Positions 1 to 8,250 of a stretch of 25,346 bases of DNA are shown in pieces. The stretch covers positions 1 to 25,346 of the IMG/VR virus record IMGVR_UViG_3300034375_006747; one strand, given 5' to 3'. The translations under genes were made by a program, and so were the position numbers. The notes beneath the pieces were generated by a model. That model did no database searches. It worked only from the letters and a program-made list of their open reading frames with translations, and was not told the DNA's origin. Source of the stretch: a virus (Duplodnaviria; Caudoviricetes). Each line of letters starts with the position of its first letter. Position 1 is the first letter of the stretch.

Positions 1-451
1 TATAGATTTTACTTCTATAAAAGGTGAAAATTATGATGTACATTATTTAACTTTTGATGGACTTTCTCATACTGTTGCAGGTGTTTCTTTATTTAGTATT
101 AGATATTCAACTGATGGTGGAAGTTCTTATGTATCAAGTGGCTATCAAAATGCTTATCAACAGGGTTTTGCAAATGGTACTTTTAGTGAGTTAAGAAGTA
201 CAAGTGAAAGTGGAATTAGAATAGGATATTCCTATTCAACTGTAAAAACAAGTGGTTATGTATATTTATATAATTTAAACAATTCATCAAAATATTCTTT
301 TAACACATTTCAAAGTATTGCTGACAATACTGCTATGCAATTTGGTGGTGGTGTCTATCCAACTGCAAATACAGTAAATGCAATAAGAGTTTATGATGTA
401 TATTCCTTAGATAGTGGAACAGTAAAACTCTATGGAGTAAAACAGATATGA
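1..451 (+). CDS. 5'-truncated tail/receptor-binding-like paralog, type A copy 1
   Basis: Frame from nt 2 is open (IDFTSIKGENYDVHYLTFDG...YLYNLNNSSKYSF...VKLYGVKQI*); TGA 449-451 overlaps the next ATG; similar to 1484-2134. Confidence 0.75.
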   Translation, partial: IDFTSIKGENYDVHYLTFDGLSHTVAGVSLFSIRYSTDGGSSYVSSGYQNAYQQGFANGTFSELRSTSESGIRIGYSYSTVKTSGYVYLYNLNNSSKYSFNTFQSIADNTAMQFGGGVYPTANTVNAIRVYDVYSLDSGTVKLYGVKQI

Positions 452-972
452 GTAACCTAAGATTAATTAATGAAACTTCTGCTACTAATTCATCACAAGT
501 AAATATAACAAATATATTTTCAGCAGATTTTGATATTTATAAATTTACAGTTTTAGTTGATGAAGGAACACAAAATGACAACATTAATGCAAGACTTATA
601 AATGCTAGTGGTAGTGTTGTTTCTACTTCTACTTATGATTGGGCAGGTTTAGATATGAACTCTTATACAACTTTTAATGAAGTTAGATTTACTAATACAT
701 CATATTTTCCTAATCTAACACAAGCAGATTTACAAACTGATGATGGTGGTAATTTTGTTATGTATTTATTTAATCCTTTTTCATCTAGTAGTTATACATT
801 TATGCTTGGGCAATCATCACAACATTTTAGTTCTGCTAATTACTACAGAGCAAGAAAATATATTGGTGTAGAAAAATCAACTAACAGTATGACAGGTTTA
901 AATTTTTGGCTTAATAACAATGGAACACCTGATTGGGAAATAAAAACTTATGGATTGAGAGTAGATAGCTAA
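448..972 (+). CDS. tail/receptor-binding-like paralog, type B copy 1
   Basis: 174 aa, S/T/N-rich; shares FSADxDxY, YDxA, NPxxSSSYTF, IGVxKS with 2134-2652; tail function inferred from position. Confidence 0.7.
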   Translation: MSNLRLINETSATNSSQVNITNIFSADFDIYKFTVLVDEGTQNDNINARLINASGSVVSTSTYDWAGLDMNSYTTFNEVRFTNTSYFPNLTQADLQTDDGGNFVMYLFNPFSSSSYTFMLGQSSQHFSSANYYRARKYIGVEKSTNSMTGLNFWLNNNGTPDWEIKTYGLRVDS

Positions 973-1481
973 TGGCAGGACAATTAATTCAAGTAAATAC
1001 TGCAACAGTTACAGTAGCAACACCAAGTGTAACCCTTACAGGCATAGATAGTGATGATGTTTATATGGTGGCAGTAAATAATTCAACATCAAGTGTAGAT
1101 GTTTGTAACTATAATATTAGATTTACCACAAGTGGCACACCTGATACTACTTCTAATTATGATTTTGCAAGATTTGGTTTAGATGCAAGTGCTACTTTTG
1201 AGAAAACAGGAATACAAAATTCAGCACAACCAACTTTAGGCAATGGTGGTACAGGCACAAGTGAACAAATGAATTGGATTATTTATTTGTTTAACTTTAA
1301 CAATGCAAGTGAATATTCATTTATGACTTTTGAAAGTACAGGCTTAAACAATGCACCAAATTTAAAAGCATATCAAGGTGGTATGGTGCATACAGTTGCA
1401 CAGGCTTGTGATGGAATACAGTTTTTCTATTCTAGTGGCAACATAAATAGTGGAACATTTACTTTATATAAGGTGGTATAA
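972..1481 (+). CDS. tail/receptor-binding-like paralog, type C copy 1
   Basis: 169 aa; shares SVTLTGIDS, SGTPDT, YLFNFNNASEYSF, FYSSGNI, GTFTLY with 2652-3167. Confidence 0.7.
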   Translation: MAGQLIQVNTATVTVATPSVTLTGIDSDDVYMVAVNNSTSSVDVCNYNIRFTTSGTPDTTSNYDFARFGLDASATFEKTGIQNSAQPTLGNGGTGTSEQMNWIIYLFNFNNASEYSFMTFESTGLNNAPNLKAYQGGMVHTVAQACDGIQFFYSSGNINSGTFTLYKVV

Positions 1482-1483
1482 CA

Positions 1484-2134
1484 ATGGCAGATGATTTGAA
1501 ATATGGATATAAAGGTGCAGAACCAACACAAAGTTTTGGTAATAATACAGGTGTGTTTGACCCTAATGATATTAATAACCTTATAGCAGATAATAAATGG
1601 ACACAGTATGGACAATTAGAATTAATTGAAACTAAAAGTATTACTTCATCTACTGCAAGTATGATTTTTAGTGACATACAAGAAAGCACTTATAATGTGC
1701 ATTTTTTAACTTATAATAATTTTCAACCTGTAACAAGTGCTGATAGATTGGGACTTAGATTTTTTGAAAATGGTGTTGAAGAAACTGCTTCTGTTTATCA
1801 ATATGCAAATCAAAGTAATAAAGCAAGTGGTGCAGTAGCAGAAGTAAGAACAACTGCTGATAATCATATAAGATTAGGAATTAATGTTGGAACAACAACA
1901 GGAAATTCTGATAGTGGTTACATATATTGTTATAATTTAGGGGATAGCAGTAAATATAGTTTTACAACTATACACACAACAGGAATTTATTATTCATCTA
2001 GTGATTTTACTATGGAATTTGGTAGTGGTGTTTTACCACAGGCAAGTACAATTAATCAAATAAAATTATTTATACCAACAGGAAATAATATAGCAAATTT
2101 ACAAGCAAGTCTATATGGAATAAGGTATTCATAA
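1484..2134 (+). CDS. tail/receptor-binding-like paralog, type A copy 2
   Basis: 216 aa; N-terminal extension plus the shared domain (YNVHFLT, YNLGDSSKYSF, LYG). Confidence 0.7.
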   Translation: MADDLKYGYKGAEPTQSFGNNTGVFDPNDINNLIADNKWTQYGQLELIETKSITSSTASMIFSDIQESTYNVHFLTYNNFQPVTSADRLGLRFFENGVEETASVYQYANQSNKASGAVAEVRTTADNHIRLGINVGTTTGNSDSGYIYCYNLGDSSKYSFTTIHTTGIYYSSSDFTMEFGSGVLPQASTINQIKLFIPTGNNIANLQASLYGIRYS

Positions 2135-2652
2135 TGGCTACTAATTTAGAATTTATAAAATCTGAAACAGGAACTTCTGTTACTTCTTTATCAGTAACAG
2201 ATTGTTTTAGTGCTGATTATGATGTGTATCAAGTATTAATTTCAAAGTTAAATGGACTTCAAGCAAGTGGTGGTAGAGTGGTGCAAACTAGATTTATTGA
2301 TAATGTAGGTAGTGTTATATCTGCAACTGAATATGATTATGCAACTCTCAGTATGAGAAGTTATGATGTATTTGAACAATTTAAAACTACAAATGCTACT
2401 GATTTTTTATACACAATTAGATATGAAGCAGCAGATACAGAAGGTGGTGTAAGTATGAATATTTATAATCCTAATGACAGTTCAAGTTATACTTTTGCAA
2501 ATTGGCAATCAGCAGGAACAGGAACATCCAATAGATTACTTGGTTATAAAAGCATTGGAGTTCATAAATCAGCAGAACAAATAACAGGTATTCATTTTTT
2601 TGCTAGTGCTGACAGTTTTGATTTAACAGTTAAAGTATATGGAGTTAAATAA
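2134..2652 (+). CDS. tail/receptor-binding-like paralog, type B copy 2
   Basis: 172 aa; paralog of 448-972; TAATG coupling on both sides. Confidence 0.7.
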   Translation: MATNLEFIKSETGTSVTSLSVTDCFSADYDVYQVLISKLNGLQASGGRVVQTRFIDNVGSVISATEYDYATLSMRSYDVFEQFKTTNATDFLYTIRYEAADTEGGVSMNIYNPNDSSSYTFANWQSAGTGTSNRLLGYKSIGVHKSAEQITGIHFFASADSFDLTVKVYGVK

Positions 2653-3167
2653 TGGCAGGTAGCTTAATAAAAATAGATGAAGAAATAGTTACATCATCAG
2701 TAGCAAGTGTTACTTTAACAGGTATTGATAGCACTTATGATGTGTATATGTTGAAATATAATAATGTTGTTGCTGATACTGATGCAGTAGGTTTAAGAAT
2801 AAGATTAACAGTTTCAGGAACACCTGATACTTCAGCAAATTATGATGGTGCAGCAAAAGTATTAAGAGCAAATACAACTTTTAACAATAGTTCTTATACA
2901 AATTTAAATCAGTTTAATATTGGAAATACAGGAACAGGAACAGGGGAACAATTCAATGGAGTTCACTATTTATTTAATTTTAACAATGCTAGTGAATACT
3001 CATTTATCACAACTGAAACAAGTTTTTTAGAACACTCACCTGCATTACAGGGTAGGCAGGGTGGAGAAGTTTTGACAGTTGCACAAGCCACAGATGGAGT
3101 ACATTTATTTTATTCTAGTGGAAATATAACTGAAGGAACTTTCACATTATATGGTTTAAAGAAGTAA
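2652..3167 (+). CDS. tail/receptor-binding-like paralog, type C copy 2
   Basis: 171 aa; paralog of 972-1481. Confidence 0.7.
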   Translation: MAGSLIKIDEEIVTSSVASVTLTGIDSTYDVYMLKYNNVVADTDAVGLRIRLTVSGTPDTSANYDGAAKVLRANTTFNNSSYTNLNQFNIGNTGTGTGEQFNGVHYLFNFNNASEYSFITTETSFLEHSPALQGRQGGEVLTVAQATDGVHLFYSSGNITEGTFTLYGLKK

Positions 3168-3199
3168 GTATAAGAAATATATAGTAAGATAGGAGAGAT

Positions 3200-3502
3200 A
3201 TGGCAACATTAGAAGAACTAACAGTTATAGCAACTCAAGAAGTTGAGGACGCTAAACCAATGTACAAGCAAGTTAATAATGAGAGATTGGAATTTTCACA
3301 AGCTGATTATGACCAAGCAATTATTGATAAAGCTAATTCTATGTGGAACGACCAACAGTTTGGTTATATTCAAGCTAGGCAAGAGGCTTATGGTTCAATA
3401 GCAGACCAACTTGATATGCAATATTGGGATTCTGTTAATGGAACAACCACTTGGGCAGACCACATAGCACAAGTTAAAGCTGATAATCCAAAACCTGAAT
3501 AA
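3200..3502 (+). CDS. putative tail fibre assembly/chaperone-like protein
   Basis: RBS AGGAG; C-terminal RQEAYGSIADQLDMQYWD...VKADNPKP motif resembles small proteins found beside tail fibre genes in aquatic phages. Confidence 0.55.
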   Translation: MATLEELTVIATQEVEDAKPMYKQVNNERLEFSQADYDQAIIDKANSMWNDQQFGYIQARQEAYGSIADQLDMQYWDSVNGTTTWADHIAQVKADNPKPE

Positions 3503-4101
3503 TGCAAATAGACCTTATTAGGACACAATTTGGCAATGACGCAACAAATGGCTTGTTATTTATTGACGGAAAATTTGAGTGTTATACATTAGAAGACCAA
3601 TACCAAGCAGTTAAAGTTATGCATGAAACTTGCATTCCAGAGGGCTCTTATGAAATTAAATTTAGAAAAGTAGGTGGTTTTCATCAAAGATATTCTGAAA
3701 GATATAAAAATGCTCATTATGGTATGTTATGGCTACAAGATGTACCTGAATTTGAATATATATTAATACACTCTGGTAATACAGATGAACATACTTCAGG
3801 TTGTATATTAGTTGGAAATACACAACAAGATTTAGATTTAAGTAAAGACGGCATGGTAGGTAAATCTAGAAAAGCATATGAACAAATGTATAGAAAAGTA
3901 TCAGCAGTTTTATTACAAGGTAGTAAGGTAACTATTAATATATCTAAAATCAATTTAGGACCAGATAATAAAGCAAAAGACCATGTTATAAATATTTCAG
4001 AAATGCAAAAATTAATTGATAATCAAGATGAAAAATTATCTCATATATCAGGACAATTAGGCATTTTATTAGCTTTAGTTAAAGGCAAAAATATAATCTA
4101 A
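3502..4101 (+). CDS. DUF5675-like / L,D-transpeptidase-fold protein, probable endolysin
   Basis: CYTLED, CIPEGSY, ILIHSGN...TSGCILVG (His...Cys motif); near a holin-like gene. Confidence 0.65.
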   Translation: MQIDLIRTQFGNDATNGLLFIDGKFECYTLEDQYQAVKVMHETCIPEGSYEIKFRKVGGFHQRYSERYKNAHYGMLWLQDVPEFEYILIHSGNTDEHTSGCILVGNTQQDLDLSKDGMVGKSRKAYEQMYRKVSAVLLQGSKVTINISKINLGPDNKAKDHVINISEMQKLIDNQDEKLSHISGQLGILLALVKGKNII

Positions 4102-4111
4102 AGGAGTTTTA

Positions 4112-4234
4112 ATGCTCTGTCATAAATGCAAAATTAAATATATTATTAAAAATGGCTATCTATTATGTGCGAACAAAAAATGTCCTTTGTATAATAAAAA
4201 GCAGACACAAATATTTAAACCTGAGGAGGAATAA
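4112..4234 (+). CDS. 40-aa Cys-rich microprotein, possible zinc ribbon
   Basis: AAGGAG RBS; MLCHKC...CANKKC; stop abuts the next ATG; not in the ORF track. Confidence 0.6.
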   Translation: MLCHKCKIKYIIKNGYLLCANKKCPLYNKKQTQIFKPEEE

Positions 4235-4456
4235 ATGAAAAAAAGTAATTGGAAAGCATATTGGAAATTTATGTTTTCAAAAGCTTTTAGAACAGGACTA
4301 CAATCTGCAATATCATTATATTTAGCAAATAGTTCAGGAATTATAGACGCAGATATGGTTCAATTGTTAGGCGTAGCTTTTTTATCTAGTTTTATTACAG
4401 TAATACAACATGCATTAGAACAATATAAGCCAAAACAAACTTTTGATAATTCATGA
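4235..4456 (+). CDS. putative holin (r1t-like)
   Basis: GAGGAGG RBS; 73 aa with two hydrophobic segments; YWK...KAFRTGLQ resembles the r1t-type holin N-terminus. Confidence 0.55.
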   Translation: MKKSNWKAYWKFMFSKAFRTGLQSAISLYLANSSGIIDADMVQLLGVAFLSSFITVIQHALEQYKPKQTFDNS

Positions 4457-4647
4457 AAATAGATTTTAAAATGCTTATGCCAATATTAATAACTGCTTTA
4501 ATAGGCGTTATTGGTTGGTTATTTAATACAATAGAGGAATTGCAAATAGCTCATAGTTCAATGATGACGCAACTACGCATATTAGAAAAAGATTTAGATA
4601 TGCAAGAAAGTTTATTTAGTGAGTTATTATTTAAAATAAGTGGTTAA
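4453..4647 (+). CDS. small membrane protein with coiled coil (lysis cassette)
   Basis: N-terminal hydrophobic segment then heptad-like pattern; ATGA overlap. Confidence 0.6.
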   Translation: MKIDFKMLMPILITALIGVIGWLFNTIEELQIAHSSMMTQLRILEKDLDMQESLFSELLFKISG

Positions 4648-4649
4648 AT

Positions 4650-4796
4650 ATGGATTATATAATTGGATTTTTACTAGGATTTTTTTTAAAAGAAATTAGT
4701 AATTTTATTAAAAGAATAACAAGTTCATCTATTCAAAAAGATTGGGATAAAGAATGGGATTGGATTACGCCTATTCAAGAGGATGATTTACCATAA
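4650..4796 (+). CDS. 48-aa small membrane-associated protein
   Basis: MDYIIGFLLGFFLKEI...WDKEWDW...; tightly packed between neighbours; not in the ORF track. Confidence 0.55.
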   Translation: MDYIIGFLLGFFLKEISNFIKRITSSSIQKDWDKEWDWITPIQEDDLP

Positions 4797-4885
4797 TGTG
4801 TTTAGTAACTAAAAATCCTGACGGTTCATTTGTTCAAATTTGTAATTGTGAACATGGTAGTGAAAATTGTGAAAATAATGAGTGA
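4796..4885 (+). CDS. 29-aa Cys-rich microprotein
   Basis: MCLVTKNPDGSFVQICNCEHGSENCENNE*; TAATG coupling upstream and overlap with the downstream ATG. Confidence 0.45.
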   Translation: MCLVTKNPDGSFVQICNCEHGSENCENNE

Positions 4886-5063
4886 AAATAACGGATATAC
4901 ACAAAAGGAAATGACAGAAAGAATTATGCTAGATATAGAAAAGATTTTTAACAAATTAGATGAATTACAAAAAGATATAAATACAAGACCAACAAGAGCT
5001 GAAATCTATGGTTGGATAATTGCAGGAATTTCTATTGCGACTTTGGTCAATGTTTTAATGTAA
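4878..5063 (+). CDS. small coiled-coil protein with C-terminal TM segment
   Basis: Start re-called to ATG 4878 (MSENNGYTQKEM); hydrophobic C-terminus. Confidence 0.6.
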   Translation: MSENNGYTQKEMTERIMLDIEKIFNKLDELQKDINTRPTRAEIYGWIIAGISIATLVNVLM

Positions 5064-5091
5064 AATAATATAAAAATAAAGGATAATAAAA

Positions 5092-5445
5092 ATGGTACAA
5101 CCAACAGAGCCATATAGTCGGCTTAAAAACTATACAGAGAATATGACAATTACAATTGCAACAGACGACCAAAATAGTAATAGCTTTGATATGCAAGGTA
5201 GTAAATTAAGAGCTTTAATTATGCCTAGTGTTTTAACAAGTAATAAGTTTCAATTACAGTTCAGTATTGACAATTCATTTTGGTATAACTTTACAAATAT
5301 TACAGGAATAACTCAAGACATACAACATACTGCTGATGGTTTAGTTTTTTTGAATGATTTTGATTTTTTATCTGACGGATATTTAAGAGTTAGGACTAAT
5401 TCTTCAGAACTTGCAGATAGAACATTTATTGGTATATTTGGTTAA
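5092..5445 (+). CDS. hypothetical protein
   Basis: 117-aa ORF with AAGGA RBS, followed by a terminator. Confidence 0.7.
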   Translation: MVQPTEPYSRLKNYTENMTITIATDDQNSNSFDMQGSKLRALIMPSVLTSNKFQLQFSIDNSFWYNFTNITGITQDIQHTADGLVFLNDFDFLSDGYLRVRTNSSELADRTFIGIFG

Positions 5446-5465
5446 TTTAATAACAATTTTAATGT

Positions 5466-5496
5466 AAAAAAAAGGGGCTTTCGCCCCTCTCTTTTT
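5466..5496. terminator. bidirectional intrinsic terminator
   Basis: A8-GGGGC-TTTC-GCCCC-TCTCTTTTT between convergent genes. Confidence 0.8.
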
Positions 5497-5815
5497 ATCC
5501 TTTCCAAGGATTTTTATAGCTCTCTGCACAACCTTCGTTACAATGGTATTGTGTCCAACCGTCTTTTCTAGTCATTGTCATTAATCTTTTATCATTGAGT
5601 TCTGCAGTTGCTTCGTTATAGCAGTAGCTTAAGTCAGAAATTTTCCAACCTGAAAATTCGTTAGCTCTTTTTCTGCAATTACATGGACCATAAAAGTCAA
5701 TGTTTACTTGACCACAATCTTCATAGTGCTTTTCGCTATTCTCCCAATGCTTTACAACTTTAACTTTTTTTAGGTTTTTTTCTTGTTTCACTTTGTTCTC
5801 CTTATTATCTAACAT
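5495..5815 (-). CDS. hypothetical Cys/His-rich early protein; leaderless ATG 5815 or GTG 5791 after AAGGAG
   Basis: Own promoter and terminator; carries the shared leader motif. Confidence 0.65.
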   Translation of the reverse strand: MLDNKENKVKQEKNLKKVKVVKHWENSEKHYEDCGQVNIDFYGPCNCRKRANEFSGWKISDLSYCYNEATAELNDKRLMTMTRKDGWTQYHCNEGCAESYKNPWKG

Positions 5816-5850
5816 ACCTATATATTATGCTTCTTGGCTAGAGATAACAA
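5802..5850 (-). promoter_or_regulatory. sigma70-type promoter plus GTATGTTAGATAATAA leader motif
   Basis: TTGTTA (5850-5845), 17 nt, TAATAT (5827-5822); same -35 hexamer as at 9209 and 12393. Confidence 0.55.
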
Positions 5851-5954
5851 CTAAAACAAGTATTTTATAAAAAAATAACTACCGCGATACTTACTTCTCT
5901 CGAATTTTTTTTAAAAATACCAAAAAAATTCGTATTTTCTACTAATATTTTACT

Positions 5955-7133
5955 GTGGCGAATAAGAACACACCTAAAGAATGGGGCAATAACTTTTATA
6001 AAAAAGGTTGGCAACCAGGCTTAGAACTTAATGATGAAACTGGTCTTGGAGAAATAACTCATGTTGGAACTGACCCTAATTTTAGAAATAAATATGATGA
6101 AATATTATTAAATTGGGGCTTTGACCCTAAAGAATATGAAATAATAGGAACAGTTAGAGCTAGTAGTTGGAACGCTCAATTAAAAGGTGGAACTGTTGAA
6201 ACTTTTTATGCTTTTAAAGGCATAGTTCAAAGAAAAAATCCTAAAAGAGATAAATATACAAAAGAATTAATTAAACATATATCTAAAAAAACACCATTAA
6301 AACAAAAAACTTTAGGTGGAGATACTGCTTTTATGTTCTTTATGGCTGATTGGCAATTAGGAAAAAAAGATTTTGGAGTAGAAAATACTATAAATAGATA
6401 CGATATTGCCTTACAAGACGCAGTAAATAGAATAAAAGATTTAAGAAAAGTAGGAGTTCAAATAGATGAAATTTATATGGTCGGTTTAGGCGATTTAACT
6501 GAAAATTGCACTACTGCTTTCTTTGATAGCCAACCTCATAATGTTTCTTTATCCCTAATTGAACAATACGCACTAGCAAGAAGTATGATTATGAAAACAG
6601 TTGATACATTTTTACCTCATGCAGATAAATTAGTTTTAGCAGGAATTCCAGGAAATCACGGCGAAATGACAAGAAGTTCTAAAGGTAATGTATTTACAAA
6701 TAGATTAGATAATTCTGATATTATGCATTTTCAAATATGTGAAGAAATAATGAATGCAAATAAAGAACGATATAAAAAGGTAAGAGTAGAAGTACCAGAT
6801 AATTTTCATCAAGTATTAGAAGTTAAAGGTAAAACTTGTGCTTGGACTCATGGACATATGACAGGTAATAGTGGCTCTAATCCAGAAATAAAGATAGAAA
6901 ATTGGTGGAAAGGACAAATGTATGGCTTTTTACCTAGCGGACAAGCAGAAATATTAGTAACAGGACATTATCATCACTTTAGAGCTAAATATCAAGGCGA
7001 TAGAGCTTGGTTTCAAGCACCTAGTTTAGATAAGAGTATTGACTTTACACAACGAACAGGACTATGGAGCCACCCTGCAGTATTAACATTTACAATAAAT
7101 GAAAAAGGTTGGGCAAATTTAGAATTATTGTAA
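5955..7133 (+). CDS. calcineurin-like metallophosphoesterase (SbcD/Mre11 superfamily)
   Basis: ADWQLG, GLGDLTE, PGNHGE, THGH, TGHYHH metal-binding motifs. Confidence 0.8.
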   Translation: MANKNTPKEWGNNFYKKGWQPGLELNDETGLGEITHVGTDPNFRNKYDEILLNWGFDPKEYEIIGTVRASSWNAQLKGGTVETFYAFKGIVQRKNPKRDKYTKELIKHISKKTPLKQKTLGGDTAFMFFMADWQLGKKDFGVENTINRYDIALQDAVNRIKDLRKVGVQIDEIYMVGLGDLTENCTTAFFDSQPHNVSLSLIEQYALARSMIMKTVDTFLPHADKLVLAGIPGNHGEMTRSSKGNVFTNRLDNSDIMHFQICEEIMNANKERYKKVRVEVPDNFHQVLEVKGKTCAWTHGHMTGNSGSNPEIKIENWWKGQMYGFLPSGQAEILVTGHYHHFRAKYQGDRAWFQAPSLDKSIDFTQRTGLWSHPAVLTFTINEKGWANLELL

Positions 7134-7164
7134 ATATAGCTAAAAATATACTATACTTATATGT

Positions 7165-7302
7165 ATGGCAGAATTAAAAAAGTTGCACGCAATTGAATAT
7201 ACAGGAGATACTCCTCAATTTATTTTTAAAAGTGGAGAAGATATTACAATGGAGCCTATGAGAAAAGGCGTACATTTAATTGAGCAACTTACAAAAAGCT
7301 AA
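7165..7302 (+). CDS. 45-aa hypothetical protein, probably leaderless
   Basis: MAELKKLHAIEY...; TATACT at 7152-7157 lies 7 nt before the ATG; TTGTAA at 7128. Confidence 0.5.
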   Translation: MAELKKLHAIEYTGDTPQFIFKSGEDITMEPMRKGVHLIEQLTKS

Positions 7303-7314
7303 AAAAATACAAAA

Positions 7315-7731
7315 ATGTTAGAGTTAATAATCGCTTGTGCTATACCTTACCCTTTTTTAACTCCTGATACTTTAAATGAATATATTGAATGCAGAGAAAT
7401 ACAATATAAAGTTAGTGCAGTAGAAGAACATATTGAATTAATAGTTGATGAATTTGGTTTAGATAAAGCTTTAATACCTTTACTAATTATTTATTGTGAA
7501 AGTTCTGGCAGAGAAAACGCTATAAATTACAATAAAAATGGTACAACTGATAGAGGATTATTTCAATTTAATGATAAAACTTGGGCTTGGTTAAAACCTA
7601 AATTAAAAATAACAACTACTCCATTTAATAAAATAGTAGCTACAAAAGTAGCTAAATGGTTAATGATTAATGACGGCTTACACCATTGGAACGCAAGTAG
7701 AAAGTGTTGGGACTATGATAATAAAAACTGA
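7315..7731 (+). CDS. lytic transglycosylase (SLT/lysozyme-like)
   Basis: CESSG (catalytic Glu), DRGLFQF, terminal W..S..CW. Confidence 0.8.
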   Translation: MLELIIACAIPYPFLTPDTLNEYIECREIQYKVSAVEEHIELIVDEFGLDKALIPLLIIYCESSGRENAINYNKNGTTDRGLFQFNDKTWAWLKPKLKITTTPFNKIVATKVAKWLMINDGLHHWNASRKCWDYDNKN

Positions 7732-8206
7732 AAAAGAAATGGAAAAATTATTAAAAGAAATAGAACATACAAAAGGTGGTAGTTTAAGTTCTAAAAGTCA
7801 TTTAAAAAATGCTTTGTATGATTGGCGAGTTGAAAAACAATGGGATAAAGAAAGTTCTAAAGTTTTTAGCTTAGAAGATAAAGGTTTTATGTTTATTTCT
7901 TATACAAAAAGAGAACCAAGACATTGTACTTTAAGACATTTTTTCGTATTAGAACAATATAGAGGTAAAAATATTGGTGCAGAAATGATGAAAATGTTAG
8001 AAGAAGATATGAAAGAAAATTATGTAATGTTATTAAGGTTTTTTGCAAATAAACCAAGTATTAAATTTTATGAAAAATTAGGCTACAGGTGGCATGGAAT
8101 ATCAAAAACTGGCTTACCTTTTACTTATTGGAATATAATCACTAAAAAATTAGCACCATTACCTAAAACTCAAGAAAGATATATTGTAAAACCTACACCA
8201 ATGTAA
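7715..8206 (+). CDS. GNAT-family acetyltransferase
   Basis: FVLEQYRGKNIG acetyl-CoA motif A and NKPSIKFYEKLGY; start re-called to ATG 7715. Confidence 0.8.
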   Translation: MIIKTEKEMEKLLKEIEHTKGGSLSSKSHLKNALYDWRVEKQWDKESSKVFSLEDKGFMFISYTKREPRHCTLRHFFVLEQYRGKNIGAEMMKMLEEDMKENYVMLLRFFANKPSIKFYEKLGYRWHGISKTGLPFTYWNIITKKLAPLPKTQERYIVKPTPM

Positions 8207-8250
8207 AAAAAGAAGACCTTAAAGACTGTTGCCAGTCCTTAAAGTCTTCT
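8205..8250 (-). terminator. intrinsic terminator for a minus-strand transcript
   Basis: 18-bp stem (8211-8228/8233-8250) with two G-U pairs, GCAA tetraloop and U-tract on the minus strand. Confidence 0.8.

Noticed and set aside
1-3167. Diversity-generating retroelement acting on the tail paralogs
   Set aside because: No reverse transcriptase or template/variable repeat pair with adenine-specific differences in the window
1427-3953. Minus-strand ORFs 1427-1615, 1459-1689 and 3717-3953
   Set aside because: Shadows of well-supported plus-strand genes, with no recognisable motifs
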